DNA of 63,885 nt, filler included, from Fonticula-like sp. SCN 57-25 (taxonomy: Eukaryota), in the NCBI GenBank assembly GCA_001724245.1. It is 3 parts of 3 records of this genome, joined end to end, with 100 filler letters (N's around TTAATTAATTAA, not from the genome) between each part and the next. Parts side by side here need not be neighbours in the genome. Positions count along the whole stretch, not along the records: positions 1 to 25,422 come from MEDX01000060.1; positions 25,523 to 50,203 come from MEDX01000061.1; 1 more part is not named here. The stretch is one strand, 5' to 3'. The notes beneath the pieces were generated by a model that did not search any database, was not told the origin of the DNA, and saw nothing but the letters and a program-made list of their open reading frames with translations. Within the stretch, counting starts at the first letter, position 1. Every line of letters starts with the position of its first letter. Shown piece after piece: positions 24,726 to 36,739 of this stretch. The position numbers were made by a program, and so were the translations under genes.

Positions 24726-25310
24726 GATGTACGGTTGAGAGGTGTTGCGGCGAGAGCGGCGAGAGAGCTTGCTTGAAAGTGAGCTAATGGTCCAGCTGCT
24801 CTTCACCTGTTCTATATACTCGGTGTCTGCCTCAATTTGATTGCGGCAGACCGTCTGCCTTCTTCGTGATTGGCTGCTTTCTTTCCGCCATGGCCGTGAT
24901 TGGTCACCTCATCGATGTGCTCCGATTGGATTCGCGCCGCCGTCCAGGGTGTCCACCACGGTCGTGTCATCAGGTAGACAGATGTATATCTCCCCGATAT
25001 GGTAGGCAGTCCACTGAAAAGTACTACCGCAGTGCACTGAAGCGGCCTGTCTGTGCAACTTGGTTTGTCAGCTTGACCAGCCATGGAGCTCGGTAAATCT
25101 GATGCCCGCGGCTGACAATGACCAGCTGGCGCTCGCGACGCCCTCATCGATAATTATCATGATTATCATCGCGCTGCTGGCTTCGCTGTGCAAACCGCGC
25201 TCACTGATATGGGCACTGGCTGCGTATAAATATCCCGTACATTATAAAAATAAATAAATATATTAAGGCTTACAAACATTTTTCAGGGATACACAAACGA
25301 TTCGGTCACA

Positions 25311-25422
25311 TCAGATTTGCTCCACGCGAGCGGCCTTGGCCTCGAGCACCACCATCAGATCCTGCTTGAGGTCATCCTTCACACCCTTGGCGATTCCGCT
25401 GAACCACTTGTCAAAACCCTCG
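25311..25422 (-). CDS. BAF-like protein, copy 3 (3' part only, cut by gap)
   Basis: EGFDKWFSGIAKGVKDDLKQDLMVVLEAKAARVEQI*. Confidence 0.7.
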
Positions 25423-25522
25423 NNNNNNNNNNNNNNNNNNNNNNNNNNNNNNNNNNNNNNNNNNNNTTAATTAATTAANNNNNNNNNNNNNNNNNNNNNN
25501 NNNNNNNNNNNNNNNNNNNNNN
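25423..25522. other. Assembly gap / artificial contig linker
   Basis: N44-TTAATTAATTAA-N44 (stops in all six frames). Confidence 0.97.
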
Positions 25523-27996
25523 CATTGCCCGCCACGCCTGCAGGGCACGTGATGCGCTGACATGGGTTGATGATCTCGCCGAATGTGCCGTCGGGGCCGC
25601 ACGTGCGGCTCGGACTGCCAAAATACTTTTCGTCACATGTGCCGGTAACCGTGGCAAACGCGTCGGCGGCCGGCCACGTGGAAAAGCCATCCGTCACGGC
25701 TGCGCAGCGGACAATCGTGCAAGGATTTGACACCGCGAGCCAATCGCCGTACGCGCTGCAGTCACGCGTGGGGCTGCCGCTGTAGCCGGAAATGCATTCG
25801 CCAGACACAGACTGGGAAAAGGCGGGCGCGTGCGGCCAATTGGCATTGTTTCCTTGGGTAGCGGAGCAGAAGAGCTGCACACATGGATTGGTCACCGTCG
25901 ATGCCCATTGGCCGTCAGCTTGGCAGGTGCGCGAAGGGGTGCCAGCATAGCCGGAAACGCAGATGCCGGTGGCTGTTGTCATTGAAGGCGTGCTTGCCGG
26001 CCATGACGCGTTACCAAACGTTCCGGCGACGCAATAGTGGCGATTGCAAATTGGCGAAACAGTTGACGACCACGTGCCGTCAAGTCGACACTGTCTCTGC
26101 GGCGACCCAAAGTACCCATCGATGCAAACGCCAGTACCATAAGAGCCTCCATTCGTCGATGGCCATGCGGCATTCTGGAACAAGGATTCATCGGGGCACG
26201 CAGGGGAAACGCACTCGCCTTTTACATCCGTTGACCATTCACCGGATGCGAGGCATTCGCGCTGTGGTGCACCTTGAAAGCCAGAGGAACACGTGCCAAC
26301 CGCAGTAGTGAGCGAGTCGCTCTTGGGCCAGATGACATTGTTCAAGGAATCGGCGAAACTGTCGCACGTAATACCTGCAAAAGAACAACTTTAGAGGTCA
26401 TTAAAAAACAACAGCGGCGCGTACGAACGCAAGGCGAGTTAACTTCGCCCCACGTCCCCGACGCAGAGCAGCTGCTTGAAGGAGATCCCGTATAGCCGGC
26501 AACGCATGTGCCATATCCGCTCGTCATGCTATCCGTATCTGTAAAGTTTGCATTGCCCATGGTGGCAGCAGCGCAGAATAGACGAGTGCACGACGTCAAG
26601 GCTGTAGGTGCCCACACGCCGTCGCTTTGGCACCGACGAGTAGCAGACCCCGCATAGCCCGAAATGCATGTTCCATTGGCTAACTCGCCGCCGTTTGTGA
26701 GCGGATAGGTTGCGCTGCCGACAAAACCTGAATTGTCAGCGGGGCATGATGAAACTATATTGCATGTCAGCAAACACATTGTCACGTGATGTGCGTACGA
26801 GTGCAAGGATTGGACACGGCACCCCAGGCAGTATTGCTGCAAAAGGCTGTTGGCGATCCAGTAAAACCACTTAAGCAGGTGCCGTGGGCGGTCTTGTCAG
26901 ACTCTGTCTGGGGAAAGTTCGCGTTGCCCATGGTCCTGGCAGCACACGCGGTATCTACAAAATATCATTAGTAACATATGATGTGCGGGATGCGCGTACA
27001 GGTGCACGACGTTCCGGAGCCGCTGTAATACTTGTTGCAGACGCACGCGCCACCAGTACATGTCGCATTAACGTGGCAAGTAAAGTAATCAAACGATAGA
27101 TACGGAACGTAGCTTCCATCGCGGGACACGTGCGTTTCCCAAGCCACAAGAGTCGCTTGCGAATAGAAATTCCGGATAGTTACCTGACAATCGTCGTGTT
27201 AAAATGTCGCCTCAATCGCACAGCGGAAACGCACCGCGCTGCTCGATTGGCGAACGGCAGCGTTGATAACGTCTGGCGACAAAGGCACATAGTACCAGTA
27301 CGTATCGTAACCGCTTGATGAACCAGGTTAGTTAGGCAAAGATACCTCGGCTGAATATGCGCACTAGGTGTATCCGGCGATGACACTTGCGGCGGATTCA
27401 TCGAGTGAAGGCTGAGTATTCCATGTCAACGTTGCAAAGTTGCTGCATCTCAAGTCAATAAAGCAATGGCACGAAATATTACAACGTACACGGCGTCCTT
27501 TGGTACGTCGACTATGACATTGCTCGTCAGGCTTGAAGGACTTGTCGACGCATAATTGAGGTATAGCCGTGGTGTGCCTGTTGCACAAAAACGCGCAGGA
27601 ACGGGCTAGAACATATTGCGTCAGCAATAATCGGGTGCTACAATTGGAAACGAACCGCATGACTGGCGAAATTGAATTTGTAGTAGGCGACGCTCGTCGG
27701 TTCTGAACCACTGCCTTGCGTAAATGTTTCGGTATTTTCCCACTCGCAAAAATTTCCAAGCGGAGGCCACCAACCACAATCTTCCTTGGGACTATAATTT
27801 GTGGTAGGGCTGGACAACCTTGTGTGGATGGCATCGTGCGCATCTACGACTACCGCGGTGGCTGTGCAGCGACCTCATCAGCATTCTCTGAAATCCCGCG
27901 CCCATTCGCACCTTGCACAAACAAACTAGCCAACAGGGCGGCGACGAGCAGAACGGCGAGTGATCTCCCCCCCGCGCGGCTCCTTCGCTCCTCCAT
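25523..27996 (-). CDS. Secreted/surface protein with an N-terminal DNRLRE/CBM96-like domain and many ~52-aa four-Cys repeats (3' end in gap)
   Basis: Signal peptide exon (LAVLLVAALLASLFVQ); repeats C-x6-8-W-P-x-T..G-x-C-xx-G-Y-x-G-S-P-x-R-x-C-xxx-G-x-W..P-C. Confidence 0.75.
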
Positions 27997-28329
27997 GCTC
28001 GCTCCGCACAAAACAGCAGATAAAGAGCGAGTTCTATTCCTACACTCCCTGCAATCGGCCCTCGGCAATCTCGAACCGCACTTTCAGCCCCGTCGTCGAT
28101 TCACTTCACGCCTTCACCGAATCACCCAGTGAGAGGGAATCAGGGATGTTACCCGCGATAGGGACAGCTAACTTTCGACTCCCTTTTCCAAAAAAGGAAA
28201 TTGCATTTGCAAAATTTTCCAAAACCGGAAATCTAGTAAAAAAGGAAATTCAGTTCTTGAAAAGGAAATATTACAATCGAGGTTGAAAAAACCCGGGCGA
28301 AATACCCTGCAAGCACAGTGGAGGACATC

Positions 28330-29265
28330 ATGGACGATGTCGATCGTGCGCTGCAAGCTGTGGAGAACAATGCTGCGGAGGAGTTGCTAGGAGGTTCGCT
28401 TTAGGTGTCCTCTTTTAAAAAAATGTTATACTAATCGATTACATCTGTTTTACCGTAGTCGTGCCGGGCCGCCCAGCCTGGATTCGAGATGCGGTTCTAC
28501 CGTTCTCGACCTTCCGGTCGGCGGTCGCAGACTCGCAGCCGACGTGGAGCCTGAGCCTCTGCCCAGATGGTGGCTAAGCAGACGGGCGCCACAGCAGGAG
28601 CTGCCCTGGTTCCAGCTGCCTGTCGCAATCACTTCATCGTTGTGATGGAAGAAGGCCACTTTGCAACGGTCAACTTGGCGATGGGGGCGATTTGGCGTTT
28701 GCTCGGCAGCAATAATCGCAGTATCAACCCAGCATGGGCTTTGGTGCTGTCAAAAGCTCTAGCAACTACCGCCGCGTCTACGTTGTGTGCCCCCGCGCTG
28801 GGACCTATCGCAACACTCGTGAGCTGATGGACTCCAACTGTGATCGTGAGAGGATGTCGCGCAAGTGCAAACTGTGCAATTGCCCGTTCACGCTGAGGCT
28901 CTCGGCCGGCAACGGCGGGTGGAACCTAATGACGGCGAACGGCCACCGCAACCACTAGCCTGTTGGGGAGGTACTTGGGCACCCAGGCACTCGGCTCAAC
29001 GAAGTGCAGCTGGATCATGCGCGCGAACTACTTTCGCTGCCTTTTTCGCGCACGTCGACAACGCCCTTTCCAGGCGTACGTCCAGGAGACCTGGATTTCT
29101 ACGAAGGAGCGTTCGTGGGCGCCTGGGTTGACAACGCGCGCCATTTCGGCGTCACGTCCACCAGCCGCGTCGAGGGGATGCCCGGATGCACTGAGTCGTC
29201 AAGTTGGTCTGTCCCTATTATTCCCCTGACTGGATTTATCAACCCGGAGCGAATAGTCACGTGAT
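28330..29265 (+). mobile_element. Degenerate Mutator-like (MULE) transposase relic
   Basis: FAR1/WRKY-like Zn domain (VVCPRAGTYR..CNCPFTL..W....HRNH then stop) and FVGAWVDNARHFGVTSTSRVEG; catalytic core missing, frames broken. Confidence 0.7.
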
Positions 29266-29611
29266 TATGTCCTGTCAGTTCACAATCCTGCCCTTCTGCT
29301 GGTGTTCTGAATTGCAATAAAACGGCATCATGTAAATATATAAGGCGTGTTTTCACTCGCGTTCAACACGTGTGGATACTGTGCGCTATATCCAAGAAAT
29401 CATGTTGGTGCATATCATGTATTGTCATCGATACAGGAGCATTCAATCAAGAGAATGCCACTACAAGTCTGGAAATTGAAAAACTATGCGACTTGGTCCT
29501 CAACGGGAATCGATAGACTCCATAATTCCATTCACGTTGCCTAATAATTGCCGTCAGATGATAAAAAGAATATCAACTAGCTTTTCTAATTCAATATTTT
29601 GAAAAGCATGT

Positions 29612-32600
29612 CTAGACAGCTTGGTTGTCGATCGTACTTGCACCACTCCACTTTGACACCCACGTGGCCTTATCACTATCTGTTTCGCTTCGCAAATGAC
29701 AAACTAGTTCGATAAATGTCACCGCGTCAACCGCCGTCAGTGCTCCTTTCGATGCTTCAATGACACGTGGCGGCGAAAGAGAACATAGAGCAGCACCATG
29801 CCAGCCAGAAGTGGCCAAACAAGAATATGAGTCACCAAGTGTTTTGATCCAGTTTGCAGTTTGCACCTGATCCCATGACGGAACACTGCCACTTGGCGGG
29901 GGAAATGCGCTGTCATCACTCAGTTTGTAGTGCGCAATATAGCCACGAAGTAAAAGGGTGGCGGCATCATTGAATGACACATCATACTCCATGACGTCAC
30001 TCACATTGAGCATTGTCAATGCGCGACCATCAACATCTTTCAATGCAGTTTGCAGTTTGCGCATGCCAATGTCACATAGCCATTCACAAAGGGCGTCACC
30101 GCAAAGGTCTTTTAATCCGGACATAGAAAGAGGGCCTGTCAAGCTGTCAAGTGTTTGCTTGCAGCCATTGATGGTGCTCATCAAATCAGTATGGCGCTCC
30201 ATCTTATAACTATAATGACGCAATTCGTCAGTTTGCAGTTTGCCCAACTCCTCCTTTTCGCCCGCCACTGCACACATGTTAGTTCTACAACCACATGATC
30301 TGATATGCGCACGTATGGTCTCGAGGTCGGCAATGGATCGCTTCAGTTCCTGTACACGTGTCAATTGCTGACGTAATATATCACCAGAGTCGCCGATCGA
30401 TTCCTCAATATTCTGAACTTGTGTCTGCGCCGCCGCCATCCTCTCGCGGACGCACGATTGGGCAGCTGCAATACGAGGGTCAGTTTGCCACATTTCGACT
30501 TGACCGTCAGCGAGGCAAACGGCAAGGTTGAAAGACGCAGCATGATAGGACAAAGAATTCACCTGCTACCAACAAGGGTGAGTACTATAAATAGACGATG
30601 AGTGACACACTTGTCCGCATTCGTAGGTTGCAGTTTGCACTCCATCAGATGTGCGCCAAACGCGAAGGGATTTATCATATGACCCAGTGATGACGTGTGA
30701 CTCGCTGAGAAAGGCGCCTCCTGTGATCTGATTTGTGTGCCCCTTGAGTGTCACGTGAGGAGTGTTCGACCATGTGGTATCAGATGGAACATTCCAAATG
30801 GAAGCAGTATTGTCATAGCTCGTGGCCAGTAGCATGCGGTCAGAGGGACTGAAGCAGAGTGAAGTGATCTAGGAAAATAAATAAGAAACAATAATTAACC
30901 AAAAAAGGGTATCGTACAGTACCAGAATGATGTTGAGTGTAGAGTAATTGCGGCCACGCGCCTCTGTGCGGTCCAAGAATGTACATGTGGCCATGGAAAC
31001 ATCCCGCTGCAAGAAATTTACCATTGGAGGAAAAGGCAAGACATGACACCTACACACTACAGTGTCAGCAACAGTATGCATATATTTATCAAGCGCACAT
31101 CCTTGGCAAACTTTGGTATTTTCCTCATAACCACGTAGCGTGCATAAGGACTAATGAGTCTAACTGCCTTGTCACCTCCGCTAATGGCAAGGTTCCCGTA
31201 AGGACTAAATGCACATGCGAACAACTTGACAATATTTGAGTAAAGAAAAAAGCGGCAGATATGATGCGTACGGGATCCTTGCCCCTAAAAACGGTACAGT
31301 GGGAATTGTTGTTTGTGACTTCGATGACATTGCCCCTATCTGTCGCGACGAAAAGTCGCGTCCCGTCGGTCGACCACGCGGCACTTGACGCCTTTACGTG
31401 GTGGTCAGAACAAGTATAAAAAAAAATAGTCGCGTACAAAGCCACCGCAATCCATAGTGTACACCATTTCCTTCGTGTCAATATTGGTGATGCAGATTGA
31501 ACAGTCAGCACCCCAAGATGCCAAAAAAGTGCCGTAGGGGGAAATCGCACACCCAAACGCCTGATGAAATAGAAGCAGCGTCAGACTAGCGTTACCTTTA
31601 GTGAAGGAAAGCGAAAACGTACCTTGACTCTGTGCGCTTGAATAGCCAATCCTCTGATCAGCTGTGGCGGCGTGACGTCAGCAATTATTTCCTCTTGTCT
31701 TTCAATAGCCGTTGCGGAGGCCTCTGCTGGCGGCACGGCGCCTCTTTGCGCTTCCCTTCTGGCGGCCTCTCTATCCATTATCTCTTGAGATTCTAGTACC
31801 ATCTTCTGACGTGCTTCCTTTATGAGCTTCCCTTCTGCCCGCCGCTCCAACATATCTTCGCGGGCCCGGGCTGCTTGGGCGGCCGTTACAATCTGAGGAG
31901 GAGTCAGCTTCAATTCGACTAGGCCGTTCTTGTAGCCAAGGACCAAGAAGCCAGACCCAGCATCGAATGTCAGCGAAAGCAACTGCAAATCAAAATGGGT
32001 GAGCAATGAGATAGGCAATTGGTGACACACCTCTTCGCCGCATTGGCGGGCTGTCGTTTTCATTCCATCTGATGTGCGCCAAATGCTTAGAAACTTGTCC
32101 CGTCCGCCAGTGATTACGTGGGACTCACTGGTAAGAAAAGCGCCGCCCACGACTCCATCCACGTGTTCATCAAACGCAACGCGAGGAGCAAGTGGCCACG
32201 TGGGTTCAGATGGAACATTCCAGATGGAGGCCGTCTTGTCGTCACTTGTAGCCAAGAGCATGCGGCCAGTGTAGCTGAAGCAGAGTGACGTGATCTGGTA
32301 AAGTTAGATATGGATATCTCAAGAAACAGGTGCCGTACATTGGAAGAATGATGCCTGATAAATGAAATTTGCGCCCACTCGTCATTGTTCACTCTAAAAA
32401 TGTGCATGGTGCCGTCGGCACATCCCGCGACAAGCAGATTCCCGTCGAGCGAAAAGGCGAGGCGGGTGCCCTGCATAGTTCACGGTCAACAACAGCAAGC
32501 AAACGAAAACTAAAAACGCACAGTATCGGCCAATCCGGCGAGTGTTTCAATAACTGAATAGTTGGTCAATGGATCCAAGAGTGTCACCTCACGATCACCG

Positions 32601-33129
32601 CCACAGACGGCAAGGATCCCGCCGGGGCTGAACGCGCAACCATGCAACTAGACAAGGGATAAGCAAAGAACGTGCGGCGCGCATGATGCATACAGCCTTG
32701 TCGATCTTGTACACGGTCGAGTGCGCGTTGTTGTTGGTGACTTGGACGACACTGCCACCACCAGTCACGGCGACAAGGCGCGTCTCGTCCGGCGACCACG
32801 CGATACCGTTCACCTGACATGATGGTCAGACCAAAAGAGAGCAAAAGCGCGCGTACAGAATCATCACACTTGACAGTGTACTGGTTTTCCCTCTTCATCA
32901 ACTTCATGATGCGGAGTGAGCCGTCTGAACTACCAGATGCGCCGAAGCGTCCTTCGGGGGAAATAGCAGTCGCCTGCGCCTAATGCACACGCGTCAGATT
33001 GGATCTTCGCGAGCAACGACGTACGCGCGTCGCGTGCGCCGAAAGATCCGCCCATGTACCAAATCGACGCAACCGAATGTCTAGTTCCACTTTCTCTTCC
33101 GCTTTCGTTGGAAACGCCCGCCGCGCCAT
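29612..33129 (-). CDS. Tandem WD40-propeller protein with coiled coil and two SAM-like domains
   Basis: Two homologous WD modules (LLATSDDKTASIW / LLATSYDNTASIW; VITGGRDKFLSIW / VITGSYDKSLRVW); LCEWLCDIGM..VDGRAL; WDQVQTANWI..WHGAAL. Confidence 0.75.
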
Positions 33130-33399
33130 GCCCGCCGCGAGCCGCCAAGCACAAGAGAGATCACGTGATATATGTTTGCGCGCGCAATCCAATCCAAAAA
33201 AACGCGGGAATATAAAAAATGGCGGGAAAGGCACGCCTCACATTCAAGTATGAAAAGAGCTACTTTTTGAGCCCTAAATATGACTTGAAACAATTCAATT
33301 ATTATTATCAATTATAGGAATGAATAGTATGTGCACACCTCCCGTATCAATACACTTTGCTACTGTACAATAGTCTCTTCTGCTGCTCCTCTTTTCTCC

Positions 33400-34855
33400 T
33401 CACAGGTCCCACCGCGACTTTTTCGCCGCCGAAATGTCGCTCGGCACATTGTCGTTCATGTCGCGAAGGTATTTTTCGAGCGCGGCGGCGGTCACCGGCA
33501 GCGGCGCGGCATTCACGTCGCGAGAGTACATGAAGAGGATCTCGCGCGCGGCATCCTCAAGATCTGCAACAAAGTTTAGTGATCACGTGAAAATATGGCA
33601 AGAAATACACATCCTCGTGGTCACATTCACCAACCCTTCCCAACATGATCACACTGATCTTGAGCAATACCCCAAGTAATATGCACCAAAAGTACTGATA
33701 CTAAGAAATAAGGTTTTCACGTGACACACCACAACCACATGGCCATAACAGCCCTCACAACCACATCCACGTGACCATTAACGTACCCTCCTGTGTGACG
33801 TCAAAGAGGAGCCACCACGGCGGCCGCGTCGGCATGACCAGCCCAACATCACGTGACGCCAGCATAATGCACGCACACGCGACCACGTGGGGCTGATACT
33901 TTACATAGAGCGTCGTCCGGAAGCTGTCCGAAAGATAATTCCACGCCCGCTGAGTCACGTGATTCTCCTCGATAAGGCCGAGGAGCTTGAGGTAGTTGAT
34001 GACGAGCTTGTGCGGGTGCTGCACTTGCACGTGAAAGGAAAGCTCGCGCAAAAGGTGTTTTTCGTTGCGGAACATTTCGGACTGAAGGTCATAGTCCGTC
34101 TGGAAAGGAAAAGGCAAGGGTAAGTGAAAGGTCGAAGAAGATGAAGATAGGTACAAGGGGAGAAAAAGGAAAAGAGAACATGACCAACCACGAAACAGAG
34201 CATCGCAGTTGCATCACATTCACCAGCCAACAGCCAAACAGTCACCAAAGCACACACGAAACCATAAGCTCATCAACAAGCCAGTCGATCAGCAAACACT
34301 ACCCAAACCCACTCCAGCGCCATCAGCAATCCGTACCGCAGAGTACATCTCGAGCGACTCGAACGGCACGCCAAACCGCTTGCACTTGAAGTAATGAAAC
34401 GAGTTGATGACGTCACGCGGCCGCCTCGGGTGCTCCTCCACCTTGCACGACAGGAACACGGCGGCAACGGCGATGCCCTAAACGACTCCCATCAGTGTCC
34501 AGGGACATGCACGATATTGGACGCACTTCGACACTAAACTGACGCATCGACTTGCGGTAAAAGAATCGCTGAAAGATCACCTGCGCCGTTCCGACGACCG
34601 TCTGCGGTCTATTGTTCATCAACGCGAGTCAGCGGGATCACTGAGCAATGGGATGGCGCACACTCGGAGGCAGAGGCCGAGATCCTGGATAAAGCCGCAT
34701 CCCCAGATGCGGAGGTCGCTCTCTAGTGACGCCGGGACACCGTCCAGTATGGAGGGCGTCTCGCTCAGCTCCGCGGCGGTGAGGACAACGTTCTCGAGCG
34801 CGAGCAGGGCGAGGGATCCCCCCGCCGCCGACGCCGGCCGCTCAACCTCCGACAT
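33400..34855 (-). CDS. Cyclin L-like, short, no RS tail
   Basis: TPSILDG..ESDLRIWGCGFIQ, TAQVIFQRFFY, LSCKVEE, LRELSFHVQVQHPHK, AWNYLSDSFRT, PPWWLLF. Confidence 0.88.
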
Positions 34856-35600
34856 GGCTGATGACGTCACAGTGACGTCACAGCGGTGTGTCACTACTTT
34901 ACTATGATTGGTGATTGAGCGCGGCGGCGAGCGGGCGCGCAGCAGCAGCATGATTTCGCCAAGTCAGTGCGAGGCAGTGGATGCCCCTTCCGCTCATTAG
35001 GCGCCTTCCTTGCGCCCCTTTGTTTTCCCCCCTTTCGTGAACTTTGTTGGTGTCTGGTGTCGGCAGGGGTGAGCGGCCGCCCAATCTGGCCCGCTCTGTC
35101 CAGGGGATGCTCGCCCGATGCCCGACTGCCCGGAAAAGGGGGGCGATCGCAGGGCAAGGGGTCGAACTTTGCCTTTTGCGCGCTTCTGCTTTGTATCCCC
35201 TTTCACTTTCACTTTCCTCTTTTCACTCTCGCGTGTCAAGATCTTGTCATCGTGTTCCCCTTTCCCGAAGGCTCCATCTCCTTTGCGACCCCTTCCCTCG
35301 GCGTCTTGCCTCGCACAATTCTGCTGTCATGTCCCTCCGCGCCGCCCTTCCCCCCTGAGTACTTAAGGACCCGGGCCCCTCGCCCTTGCTTTTCCTTCAT
35401 TCACTCTGCCTGTGGTCCCCACGCCCTCGCCGTTGCGGATCCCGATCTTCTTCGCCCCCACAGCAAGCCGAGAGCATCTCGACCGCGTCCCGCCCGAAGC
35501 AGTGCGCGATCCCCCCGCAAGCACAAGCAACCTTTCACTGAAGCGTAACCTGTGCGCTTCGTTTTCCTTCGCCGCTTGATCTTGCAAGAAAGAGAAAGAG

Positions 35601-36203
35601 ATGGCGCTCGTGTCCTTGTTCCTTTCGATCTGGAGTTTCCTCTTGGGCGGCCTCGCCGTCGCTGCAGGCATCGTCAAGGCGATCGACGCCGCCGACGACT
35701 CGCGCGGCTTCTCGCTCTTCATTGTCGGCGTGGTTGCCGGGTACGCACTTTTGTTTCACTCTGGCGGGGATCTCGGGCATCATCGCGATGTCCGCTGCCT
35801 TCCCCACCCCCTTTGTGCTAACCAGCGTGCTGCTCGCTAGCCTATTGGGTCTCTTCCTCATGATTCTCGAGTTGTGGCAGACCGAGGGCATGCAGCGCTG
35901 GTTCTACTTTGTCACCAACACGTGGGCCGGCAAGGGCCTCTACATCTTCATGTACGCCTCCATTGTGACGTCACTATTGTGTGTGTGACGTCGATCTTGT
36001 GTTCAATGACGTCGTTTCTGTTCAGTTTGCAGTTTGCACTTTTGCTTTTCTGTGCTGACGCGCCTTGTAGTCTTGGCGCCCTGCTCATTGACCAGCCGCA
36101 CTACACGTTCATCTTTGTGTCTGGCATCATCCTCGGCGTCTTTGGCATAATCTACATGTGCCTCGGCTGCTGCAAGATCACCAAGCCCGAGCCAATCATC
36201 TAG
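35601..36203 (+). CDS. TVP15/COPI-associated-like 4-TM Golgi membrane protein
   Basis: Four TM segments, FVTNTWAGKGLYIF-LG motif, 2 introns. Confidence 0.6.
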
Positions 36204-36739
36204 GTCGGCCGCCGCAGCTGAGCCACGACCGGATTTATGTGCTCCTCCTCGCGGATCTTTTTTTTTTCTCTATTCGCTCGCCGCGCGCGCGCTGATATGC
36301 AAACAAAAAAAGTGACAAAACAAACATTGCTGTGTAGTTTATAGTAGGTTTCTAAGCTTGGTCGAGCTCGTTGTTCGACGAGCCAAGCAAGGGTGGATCC
36401 CCATTTCATAGGGAAAGTGTAGGATTTGTACTCTGAAGCAGGGAAAATATATCATTATCTTTGCATGCAAATATGCTGATTACGTCATCAATGGGATGGA
36501 GAGGGGGATTATATGCTTCTATGCTTATAAAATCCAATAGTCGACTGAGCTGAATACTAGGCCATTGAGGCAGGCTACTGATATAATATATTATTTCCAT
36601 TCATTGTTCTTTATTCTGCTTCTTGACCTGCACAATGTACGATATAGTGACCGTTTCTCAGGTCGGTAAAAGTCGGGTTGTGACCGACCAAAACCTACGA
36701 TCCAACGTTCCCAGGCCTCTCTTCAACGCCTCCGCAAAA

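Larger units (their letters stand above)
23350..25422. repeat. Tandem duplication, about 887-bp unit (ABCG 3' tail + BAF-like gene + promoter)
   Basis: CACTGATATGGGCAC at about 23448, 24337 and 25202; promoter blocks 23940-24270 and 24805-25140 are near-identical. Confidence 0.9.

Noticed and set aside
25467-25478. TTAATTAATTAA palindrome inside the N-runs (also 50248-50259)
   Set aside because: Artificial six-frame stop linker; no synteny conclusions can be drawn across it
28140-29400. Terminal inverted repeats for the MULE relic
   Set aside because: No convincing inverted match or target-site duplication found by eye
34967-35548. 193-aa ORF between cyclin L and the TVP15-like gene
   Set aside because: Pyrimidine-rich UTR/promoter-like sequence, no ATG start, no recognisable domain
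36406-36600. 64-aa ORF in an AT-rich intergenic patch
   Set aside because: Atypical codon usage, no motif; probably non-coding
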